From Laetmonice hystrix (lineage: Eukaryota), in assembly GCA_965235115.1 (NCBI GenBank), contig OZ249446.1:7130001-7194000 (forward strand): a stretch of DNA of 64,000 nucleotides. The letters run 5' to 3'. Position numbers and translations under genes: made by a program. Shown here piece by piece: positions 12,483 through 23,081 of this stretch; position 1 is the first letter of the stretch; every line of letters starts with the position of its first letter. The notes beneath the pieces were generated by a model, which was not told the DNA's origin, searched no databases, and was given only the letters and a program-made list of their open reading frames with translations.

Positions 12483-13400
12483 CTCCTACGGCCATGATGG
12501 AACTGCCGACATCTATAGGCCTACTTTAACATAGCAGTAGGCCTACATAGGCCTTTTGGTTGAAGAGACCAGAGATATTCAAATACCTAGGGCCTATGTG
12601 TCCATAGCAAACAAGACATAGGGGGACATAGCTCGTGGACATGGTTATGCCTATACGATCCTTGACCCTACCGCGTGCCGTTATGTAAGCCTACCATCAG
12701 CGGTCATTAGTGGCTTTGCTGGTGCATTTCACATTCTTAAACGTTGGAACCACTGGTAGGCCTATTGGAAACAAGTTTCAATATCAGTGCATGGTCAAGA
12801 AACAGCTCTGGATCCACCCCATGCAAATTTATGGAACTCATTTCACTATAGGCCTAAGCAGTGCACCCCCCTCTCGCCCCATGTGCCCTTTTCTCTCCCC
12901 CTCAATATTATTGCCCTTTTTTTACGAAAGATATTTAAAATCTAAATGTCCAATTGTCTAGGCCTATTATAGCCCTAAAGGCTGGTCTATATCGCGTATT
13001 TGGCACTGTAATTTTTTTTTCTGGGGGAGGGCCCCAGACCCCCTCCCTTCATGGCTTCGCGCCTTCGGCGCTCGCACCCATGGGGGACATCCCCTTTACC
13101 AAATTCCTGGATTCGCCCCTGACTGCCCCCACACTCAGACATTACTAACTACGGCCCTGTTGATAGGCCTATGCCACTTTTATTTGACTGTTTAGGCTAT
13201 ACTCACTGGGGGGGGTGGTGAGAAAGTGCCCTTTATCCATAGCACCCCCCCCCCCCCCCCCGTTTTGAAAATCTTGGGTCCGCCCCTGATAAGTAACCCA
13301 CCCATTTTCAGACCAGCCTATGGGCCTGATTTCGTACACCTTAATTAAAGGTGGCATACTAACCATTCACGTTCGATATGTTAAATTGGCGCATGTCCTG

Positions 13401-13679
13401 GGCCCGGTTGTTTTGGTTTACTTTCCACCGTAAGCAAGGGTGAGCTGAGCTGAGCAAGGGTGTCAGAGCATGAGCTCAATGCTCACCGTTTTCTTTCTGT
13501 CTTTTTTTTCGCACTGAGCTTGCTCACCATGAGCACGCCTCACGGGGATCCCCCCCCCCCAAAAAAAAAAAAAAAAACCCACGAAAACGGTGACCATGAG
13601 CTCACGCTCACCCTTGCTCAGCTCAGCTCACCCTAATTGCTCACAGTGGAAAAGTAAATTAACCCAAAAAAAACGGGCC
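13401..13679. mobile_element. PIF/Harbinger-like MITE (CTG TSD)
   Basis: GGCCCG...CGGGCC termini, long internal inverted arms (GGGTGAGCTGAGCTGAGCAAGGGTG / CACCCTTGCTCAGCTCAGCTCACCC), and CTG on both sides. Confidence 0.8.
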
Positions 13680-14116
13680 CTGAAGTTCGATGATGAAGGC
13701 GTGTAAATTTGGGGTTAGGCCTAAATACGAAATCAAGGAGTTCTCGACGGACCAAAACTACCAGACCCTAAATCAATCCACAGACTTTCTGTTACCGGTC
13801 GATCGATCCGTCTAAGTAGTTGCTACGTTTCACTCGCCCCCCCCCCCCGACAGATGTTACCATCACATATCACATTTCGGCTGTAATGGTCGGGTCGCCA
13901 TTTTGAAAGAAGTGTGACCATCATACAAACTGTGCTTTCCACAGGCACAGCTGCCATTAAAGCTTAGCTGCCAGATGATTCGGGAGTTTTGACGGTAAGC
14001 TAAGTATGGGTGTTTATACGGAAAGAGTCTGCCGACAGTGAGCCGAGGTATGTCAAATGACGGGTCCTCCGCCATTACTTACGATTAATGCAAGTGGTGG
14101 ACAGGGGACCAGTCTA

Positions 14117-16680
14117 TTATCGTCAGGGTTTGTATAGGTAGTTCCTATGATTATCGTCAGATGGCGCCAGGGTTTGTGTAGGTAGTTGCTAGCGTTATCG
14201 TCAGATGGCGCCAGGTTTTGTCTAGGTAGTTCCTATGATTATCGTCAGATGGCGCCAGGGTTTGTGTAGGTAGTTCCTATAGTTATCGTCAGATGGCGCC
14301 AGGGTTTGTCTAGGTAGTTCTTATGATTATCGTTAGATGGCGCCAGGGTTTGTCTAGGTAGTTACTATAACTATCGTCAGATGGCGCCAGAGTTTGTCTA
14401 TGTAGTTCCTATAACTATCGTCAGATGGCGCCAGGGTTTGTGTAGGTAGTTGCTAGCGTTATCGTCAGATGGCGCCAGGGTTTGTCTAGGTAGTTCCTAT
14501 GATTATCGTTAGATGGCGCCAGGGTTTGTCTAGGTAGTTCCTATAACTATCGTCAGATGGCGCCAGAGTTTGTCTATGTAGTTCCTATAACTATCGTCAG
14601 ATGGCGCCAGGGTTTGTATAGGTAGTTCCTAGCATTATCGTCAGATGGCGCCAGGGTTTGTCTAGGTAGTTCCTATGATTATCGTCAGATGGCGCCAGGG
14701 TTTGTCTAGGTAGTTCCTATAGTTATCGTCAGATGGCGCCAGGGTTTGTATAGGTAGTTCCTAGCATTATCGTCAGATGGCGCCAGGGTTTGTCTAGGTA
14801 GTTCCTATAACTATCGTCAGATGGCGCCAGATTTTGTCTATGTAGTTCCTATAACTATCGTCAGATGGCGCCAGGGTTTGTGTAGGTAGTTCCTAGCGTT
14901 ATCGTCAGATGGCGCCAGGGTTTGTGTAGGTAGTTCCTATAATTATCGTCAGATGGCGCTAGGGTTTGTGTAGGTAGTTCCTATAGTTATCGTCAGATGG
15001 CGCCAGGGTTTGTCTAGGTAGTTCCTATGATTATCGTCAGATGGCGCCAGGGTTTGTGTAGGTAGTTCCTATAGTTATCGTCAGATGGCGCCAGGGTTTG
15101 TCTAGGTAGTTCTTATGATTATCGTTAGATGGCGCCAGGGTTTGTCTAGGTAGTTCCTATAACTATCGTCAGATGGCGCCAGAGTTTGTCTATGTAGTTC
15201 CTATAACTATCGTCAGATGGCGCCAGGGTTTGTGTAGGTAGTTGCTAGCGTTATCGTCAGATGGCGCCAGGGTTTGTCTAGGTAGTTCCTATGATTATCG
15301 TTAGATGGCGCCAGGGTTTGTCTAGGTAGTTCCTATAACTATCGTCAGATGGCGCCAGGGTTTGTATAGGTAGTTCCTAGCATTATCGTCAGATGGCGCC
15401 AGGGTTTGTCTAGGTAGTTCCTATGATTATCGTCAGATGGCGCCAGGGTTTGTATAGGTAGTTCCTAGCATTATCGTCAGATGGCGCCAGGGTTTGTCTA
15501 GGTAGTTCCTATGATTATCGTCAGATGGCGCCAGGGTTTGTCTAGGTAGTTCCTATGATTATCGTCAGATGGCGCCAGGGTTTGTCTAGGTAGTTCCTAT
15601 AGTTATCGTCAGATGGCGCCAGGGTTTGTCTAGGTAGTTCTTATGATTATCGTTAGATGGCGCCAGGGTTTGTCTAGGTAGTTCCTATAACTATCGTCAG
15701 ATGGCGCCAGAGTTTGTCTATGTAGTTCCTATAACTATCGTCAGATGGCGCCAGGGTTTGTGTAGGTAGTTGCTAGCGTTATCGTCAGATGGCGCCAGGG
15801 TTTGTCTAGGTAGTTCCTATGATTATCGTTAGATGGCGTCAGGGTTTGTCTAGGTAGTTCCTATATCTATCGTCAGATGGCGCCAGGGTTTGTATAGGTA
15901 GTTCCTAGCATTATCGTCAGATGGCGCCAGGGTTTGTCTAGGTAGTTCCTATGATTATCGTTAGATGGCGCCAGATTTTGTCTATGTAGTTCCTATAACT
16001 ATCGTCAGATGGCGCCAGGGTTTGTGTAGGTAGTTCCTAGCGTTATCGTCAGATGGCGCCAGGGTTTGTGTAGGTAGTTCCTATAATTATCGTCAGATGG
16101 CGATAGGGTTTGTGTAGGTAGTTCCTATAGTTATCGTCAGATGGCGCCAGGGTTTGTCTAGGTAGTTCTTATGATTATCGTTAGATGGCGCCAGGGTTTG
16201 TCTAGGTAGTTCCTATAACTATCGTCAGATGGCGCCAGAGTTTGTCTATGTAGTTCCTATAACTATCGTTAGATGGCGCCAGGGTTTGTGTAGGTAGTTC
16301 CTAGCGTTATCGTCAGATGGCGCCAGGGTTTGTCTAGGTAGTTCCTTTGATTACCGTCAGATGGCGCCAGGGTTTGTCTAGGTAGTTCCTATAGTTATCG
16401 TCAGATGGCGCCAGGGGTTGTCTAGGTAGTTCCTATGATTATCGTTAGATGGCGCCAGGGTTTGTCTAGGTAGTTCCTATAACTATCGTCAGATGGCGCC
16501 AGAGTTTGTGTATGTAGTTCCTATAACTATCGTCAGATGGCGCCAGAGGCTCTGTAAGTAGTTCCTATCATTATCGTGAGATGGCGCTAGGGTTTATGTA
16601 GGTAGTTCCTATGATTATCGTCAGATGGCGCCAGGATTCGTTTAGATAGTTCCTATAACTATCGAGAGATGGCGCCAGGG
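14117..16680. repeat. 44-bp minisatellite/satellite array, 58 full units plus a degenerate first unit
   Basis: Consensus ATCGTCAGATGGCGCCAGGGTTTGTCTAGGTAGTTCCTATGATT. The ATGGCG core runs from 14161 to 16669, exactly 57 x 44 nt, so there is no net indel. Confidence 0.98.
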
Positions 16681-16818
16681 ACTACCCTGCTCTGGCTGGG
16701 CTCGGCAGAGATTTAAGCCCTGAACCCACTATGCGATTTCTGCTTGCAACACCAGTTGCAAGCCTTGCAACACCAATCGCACTATGCGATTTCTGCTTGC
16801 AACACCAATCTACACAAT

Positions 16819-18150
16819 GGGCCGAATGAATAAAAACGAAGTAAATACTCATAGTAGAAGCAAAAAGTAAAAGCATGTTCTTGAAGTAAATACTGTGAAG
16901 TAAAAGCAAAAGGCTGATTGCCTATGAATATGAATAAACATTACCTTTTCCTTAAAAGCACATGCTTTTGCTCAAGAAGCAAATACTTGTTTACAATTTT
17001 GAGGTCAGCAGCACTCGGGCTATTGTAGAGGGCTGATTATGCAATAGTTAGCCATTTATGGCACATTTCCATTGGCCCTTGATGCAGTCGGGTCAGTTTT
17101 CTCTGCTGTCTGAGCTCTGGAACTACCCTTCATTCACCCTTAGTAGGCCTAAGCAGCTGTGGCAACCTCAGTTTTTAGTAGTGCATTCACAAGCAATAGC
17201 AATGGCCTCAGAAGACGAAGAAATAAAAAACGTTAACTAAAAAATGTAAATAATAATAAAAAATATATCAAATATTTTATAAAATAAAAAACAAACTGAA
17301 TAAATATACCGGTAAGTAAAAAGAGGAATTATAAATAAAAACAATAACAATAAAACATATATAAAATATAATAAAGTTTTTAAAAAGTAAAAAAGTAAAA
17401 AAAGAAAGAAAATTAAAGTAAATAAATAAATAATTAATTAATTAATTTAATAAAAATAATAAAACATAATTTAAACAATTTAAAAAATAATAATAATAAT
17501 AACATTAATAATATAAATAAATATTATATGTGAGTTATACCTGTACTGGTCAGATTGAGTTATGATATTCGGTTTAGTATTTAATTTTTGTTAATAAGCG
17601 TTTGCAGCCTTGTGCAAGCTACTTAAAATTAATTATTTTGTCATCTTAAGGATAACTTCTGCGAGTCTTTGTCTATTCACTTGTCCCCTACTAAATCAAA
17701 AAAATCTAAATACTAAATGTTCTCCCAACCACTCTACATTCCCTTGTCAACAAATCTGTATTCTTGAGGGTATGAGGCTTCTAATGTCCTTCCCCGTACC
17801 CTATATACTTTGATCTTCCTCACCAATTGCATGAAAGCTGCTATTTCACCGATCTTTCAGCAGCAAATATTAACATGTGCAACTGCTTCAAAAGTCAAGG
17901 TAGCTATGGAGCTACCTTAAAAAAATTTAGCATTTGCTCCGAATAACCAAGCAGTTACTCTCTATTATTCATATCGAAGGAAGCATGTGCTTGTTTTGGA
18001 GCAAAAGCAAAGTCGGCAGTTACTTTGTACTTTTACTTGGAGTAAAGACTTCATAGTAAAAGTATTTGCTACATTTTTATTCATACAGATGGTAGTAATT
18101 GCTTGAAATTTGAAGTAAAAAGTATTTACTTTTTTTTATTCATTCGGCCC
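16819..18150. mobile_element. 1.33-kb non-autonomous PIF/Harbinger-like element (AAT TSD)
   Basis: TIR GGGCCGAATGAATAAAAA..AAGTAAATACT / AGTATTTACTT..TTATTCATTCGGCCC; AAT flanks both ends; AT-rich low-complexity interior with no transposase ORF. Confidence 0.85.
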
Positions 18151-18428
18151 AATATCTGCCAAAGTCTAGAGCTGCTAGCCTATTTTAAACGATATATTTG
18201 AGACAATGGAGAAGAAATTGTCTGTAAAGAGAAAGAATTTCGCTGTGAAGAGAAGGAATTGTCTGTGAAGAGAAAGAATTTCAGTTTCACTGTAGTGTAG
18301 GGCCTAAACTAAAGAGAAGGAATTGTCTGTGATGTACAACAGTACTTCTGTGCCACCGTAGGCAGAGAGGACAAGATAGACCATGGTTACACCTAGCGGT
18401 TCTTGACGAAACCTTACTGGAAATCCTG

Positions 18429-18442
18429 CTGCCATCTAGTGG
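18429..18442 (-). promoter_or_regulatory. CTCF-consensus motif just upstream of ARPC2
   Basis: Minus strand CCACTAGATGGCAG is a perfect core match about 160 nt before the ATG; a CCAAT box follows at about 18466. Confidence 0.5.
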
Positions 18443-18600
18443 AAAATATAAAATCGTATTTTAAGCCAATGAGGAGCCAAGTTGGTCGACAGTGCGACTC
18501 CACATGACCCATTTCCGCGTACACCCATCGCCGAGGCCGGTACAGTTGTTTCCGGGCCAAAAACATTCCCTCTTGGAGAGCTAAATTGTAAAAAGTAACG

Positions 18601-21600
18601 ATGATTCTACTAGAAATTAACAATAGGGTTATAGAGGACACGCTGACGCTGAAGTTTCAAGGAGCTTTATCCGGGTAAGCGGCCGTTATACTGCGTTCAT
18701 TGAGTGGTGTTTGTGGGGCGGGGATCGCCGCCAGTGGTTGACGGCTCCGGGTGGCCGCACGAGTCGGGGTCGAGACGGTACCTCCCTCTTGTCGTCGGTC
18801 TCGGTCCGATCAACTTAGAGATCTACAAAAGCTACCTCTCACGTTCAAATCGTATTTATATCTCTAACTCGGTGGTCCTGTGTCTGAGTTGGAGCTGCGT
18901 TTGTCTTGGACCCCCCCCCCCCCTCCACCGTGTTGACTACCAGAACACAGTAACACTAACAGTAGCCTGAGTAGGCCTAAGTCCTAACACAGTAACAACA
19001 GTAACACTTCCGTATTCAGTCTCAGAGTCAGACCTAGGGCTAGGCTAGGCCCGACCCAGACATCAGCTTCTGACGTTGACGTTGATGTTCTGCATTGACA
19101 TTGAGATTCTGCCTTTACAATTCTTGAGAGGAAATGCAACTATTTGGTTTAAAAGATAATATGAGTAAGTGGATAAATTTGTAGAGCTCACTAGCCCTTG
19201 AAAAAGGCTGATGCAGGCTAGGGCTAGGCCTACATTTTCTCACAGACCGGACAGTGCCACTCAGGATAGTTGTACCAAAATGAACTTTAGTGTATCATCA
19301 AATATACCGGCAGAGATATTTTTTAGGGGGCAGGGGGCACCCCCCCCCCTAAAAGGTCCAGAATTTGGGAGGCATATGTTGGGAAGAAAGGCCCACAATT
19401 TGGGATGCTTTGTGAAATATCATGGACCTCTGAGCCATGGGCCAGAGAGAAAGGTGCATAACTTTGGCTCTTTTGTAAAATATCTGGATGTCTGACCCAG
19501 TGGCTTACAAAAAAGGTCCACAATTTTGGATCTTTTGTGAAATATTTGGAGGTCTAAACCATGCCCCGTAGAAAAAGGTCCAAATTTTGTTTTAGAAAAG
19601 GTCCAAAATCTCAAATGGACTAATGGAGATTTGATAAAAATATCCCTGACCAGTACATGTACATGTATTTGCAATTGCTGCAGGACTGAATTTTTTTCTT
19701 ACTCTCTTTCTAGAGTGAAATATGAAGTAGTAGACATCAAAGCAGCAGGTAAGAATATAAATATTGAACAAGATAAAATAGTCACCTGGTATATTTTTTC
19801 TGGTGCATACATGTCAGTGTTTTCCTTAGTAATTTTAAAAGTGGGGTCCCAGAAACCTCTGGGATCCCAGTACCATCTAAAATGAGGGACTTTGTTACCG
19901 TCTTTTCCGCGTGGCGGCAGCACTATCAAACCGGTCCCCTTGGGCCACATTATTATGACGTTAGATAGGTCGACGAAATGCTAATCTATCCCTGGATGCC
20001 GTAGTGCTATTTGCTATGAAATATTATGGTACCTTTAGAAGTTCTACAACATGGTGAAGCCTATCAAGTTATTATTTTTCAAAACAAATAGTCTAAACAC
20101 ATCCTGCCACAGATTAGCATTTCGTCGTCCTATCTAACGTCATACTAATGTGTAGCCAAGAGGACCGGGCGACAGTGCTGCCGCCACGCGGATATGACTG
20201 GAAATGTGCCGTTGCGCATGCGTCTCAAGGAGTGTGAAGTCCCTCATTGGAGCATAACATTGAACTTTGCGTCCCTGTTGCATAATATCCATGGCTAAAT
20301 ATGCAGGAAAATTGTGTTAACGTGAATGCTGTGTGTGTGCTTAAGAGAATGTCCAAATATGTGTGGAAATGCTTCAAATTTAGAGGAATGGTCTAACCGT
20401 CAATAAAGTGGTTTGTTGATGTTTTATTTTCAGACTTTGATGGTGTTCTGTACCACATTTCAAACCCTGATGGGGACAAAGCCAAAGTGAGGGTATGTGT
20501 TTCATGGCAAAGGAAAAAAAACAAAAACAAACAAACGTGCCTAAATTATGATTGATTACACAATTGCTCCTCTGCCAGAAATAATGTTGACATCTATTGA
20601 TAGCTTTAGAGATCAACTGATCTGTGGGTAACCTGTTAGTGTACATAGCCTTATCTTTACTTTATAACTGTACATTAACTGTTTCCCACAGGTTAGCATC
20701 TCACTGAAGTTTTATCAGGACCTCCAGGAGCATGGAGCTGATGACCTCATCCAGCGCGAGTATGGAGCTTTCCTCACGACACCTGAACCAGGTAAATAGC
20801 TAGAGGACCATTTGGCTTGGTCAAATACAGAGAATAATAGGTCATAGAAATCAGGTCATAGTAACCTAATATACCTAATATATTTGGTGTTTATTATAAG
20901 TTAGATGTACTATATGATTTGTTCAGAAACTATGACTATAGAAGATTATTAATTCATAATTGTGTGACTGGAATTATATTTTTCAGACTTCAATGTGTCG
21001 TTGTTGTATGATTTGGATAATGTTCCAAGCAACTGGGAAGAAGAGGTTCGTAAGGCAGGACTTTTGAAACGGAACTGCTTTGCTTCAGTGTTTGAGAAAT
21101 ATTTTGAGTTCCAGGAGAAGGGAGAGAGTGGCCACAAACGTGCAGTGATACACTATCGGGATGATGAAACACTGTGAGTTGTCAGAAATAAATACAGAAT
21201 GACTAGGGTAATAAGTGCTACATACCAGCTTACCATGATTTGTCAGAAATAAATACAGAATGATGACTAGGGTAATAAGTGCTACATACCAGCTTACCAT
21301 GATTGTCAGAAATAAATACAGAACAATGACTAGGGTAATAAGTGCTACATACCAGCTTACCATGATTGTCAGAAATAAATACAGAATGATGACTAGGGTA
21401 ATAAGTGCTACATACCAGCTTACCGTGATGTACATTGACTTTTGAATGATAATAGATTAATAAAATCTTACTGCAGTTTTATGCAGCAAGCAACTGAATT
21501 TTGATTAGCTTGATAGGTTTATTTTGTTCTTGACATGCTTACCGGCAATTTAGATAATAGTAGTCCATCTTAAACTGAAAAAGTGACTGCAGTGATGAAG

Positions 21601-23081
21601 ACTTCCATAAAATTGACTTTCAGCTATGTGGATGCAAGGAAAGACCGTGTTACATGTATATTTAGCACTGTTTTTAAAGATGACGATGACATCGTCATTG
21701 GCAAGGTCTTCATGCAGGTAAGTCTTCACACCTGTTAAAGTCAGTACAGATGAAATGAAGCTCTTGTAATTCTGCATGGATATGAACTGGTGGTGAGGCT
21801 CCTTCCTATCAAAACTTAAGTTAGTAGTAGTTAACCCATGTGCTGTTGGAGCAGTTTTCACCTTTTAATTAATATCCTCGTCACAGAAACCCCTGAGGTC
21901 CCAATATGAATCCTGTGGTAAATTACTAATAGATCTCCAAGTAGCAGAGGTGGACATGATTTGGGATTGAATTGAATGTATAAGTTGCGTTGATGTTTCT
22001 CTCCGCACTATTAGGAGTTCAAGGAAGGTCGCCGGCAGTACCAACAAGCACCTCAGGTCCTCTTCAGTCACAAGGAACCCCCGTTAGAATTGTCAAAAAC
22101 AGATGCAGCAACTGGTGATAACATTGGCTACATCACATTTGGTAAGCCACAATGTCAAGACTTTCAACTTTTAAACTTTGAGTTTGCATTGCGTATTGGA
22201 ATCACTTTCAACTGTATCAGAGAAAATTTTGTTATCACCCTCTGAGAAAAAATGTCTTTCTTAGTGTCATGACCAGTAACTCCTCAGCGTTACAAGACAC
22301 CTACTGGCTGCTGATATAACTAAAAGTTGATTGGTTGATTTCAGTTCTCTTTCCCCGTCACACAAACAAAGAGGCCAAAGACAACACGATAAACCTGATT
22401 CACACCCTACGGGACTACCTCCACTACCACATAAAGTGCTCAAAGGTATAATAAGCCATACCCCCCAGGTGTATGTACGCTGCACCTGAAAAACATGTCT
22501 GCAAAGATTACCGGTGGTATAAAATCTTTCAGGGGCTCTTCACTATTGCAGTACCTCTACCATTTGTCTAGGTAGATACGCCAGAGTAACGTCCTAACAA
22601 AATTTGGTAGTTTGAGGAACTTTGGTAAAATTCGAAACCGACACCAATTTTAGACTTGGACATTAGTCAGTGTATCAGTTGGTCAAACAGTGTGTCTGTG
22701 ATTACCGGTATTTTCCTTGACTTAGTGCAAGAACAGTATACCATAAAGCACTGTTAACAATGATTTTATGTTCCAGGCTTACATCCACTCAAGAATGCGG
22801 GCCAAAACGTCAGACTTCCTGAAAGTGCTAAACCGTGCCCGGCCTGATGCCAAGAGCACTGAAAAGAAGACGATCACGTTCGTATTTTTATTATTATTTG
22901 ATAAAAGTGCAAACAGTGCAAGAATTTAAAAAAAAATTACAATAGACCTAGCATCGCCTTCCCCACATTATATTGAAGCCTGCTCAAGATAGATGCACCT
23001 CAGAAGGTACGTTTTTAGCAGCTGTTTTGCTAAGTGTGTGTTTCATTTTATTGCAGAGGAAGAACATTTAAAAGGAACTAA
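18601..23081 (+). CDS. ARPC2: Actin-related protein 2/3 complex subunit 2 (p34-Arc), 300 aa
   Basis: Exons: 18601-18674, 19714-19748, 20434-20492, 20692-20791, 20987-21173, 21624-21717, 22015-22141, 22345-22445, 22777-22877, 23057-23081. Total 903 nt. Motifs [75 protein letters not shown]. Confidence 0.98.
19881..20248. mobile_element. MITE-like inverted-repeat element in ARPC2 intron 2
   Basis: Ends AATGAGGGACTT / AAGTCCCTCATT; internal arms CCGCGTGGCGGCAGCACT and ATGACGTTAGATAGG..GACGAAATGCTAATCT recur inverted. No clean TSD. Confidence 0.7.
21178..21427. repeat. 61-63-bp tandem repeat, 4 copies, starting at the ARPC2 intron 5 donor
   Basis: Unit TTGTCAGAAATAAATACAGAA(TGA)TGACTAGGGTAATAAGTGCTACATACCAGCTTACCATGA. 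Confidence 0.95.

Noticed and set aside
14117-16680. 44-bp array as a CRISPR locus
   Set aside because: The variable part differs only by point substitutions and recurs; there are no unique spacers and no cas genes, and the context is eukaryotic.
21085-21445. Repetitive hydrophobic ORFs ([11 protein letters not shown]...)
   Set aside because: Translation artefacts of the 63-bp intronic tandem repeat.
22551-22572. Possible 20-nt extra exon in ARPC2 intron 8 (CAG|...|GTAG)
   Set aside because: It would frameshift a protein that is already complete at 300 aa, and the donor is weak.
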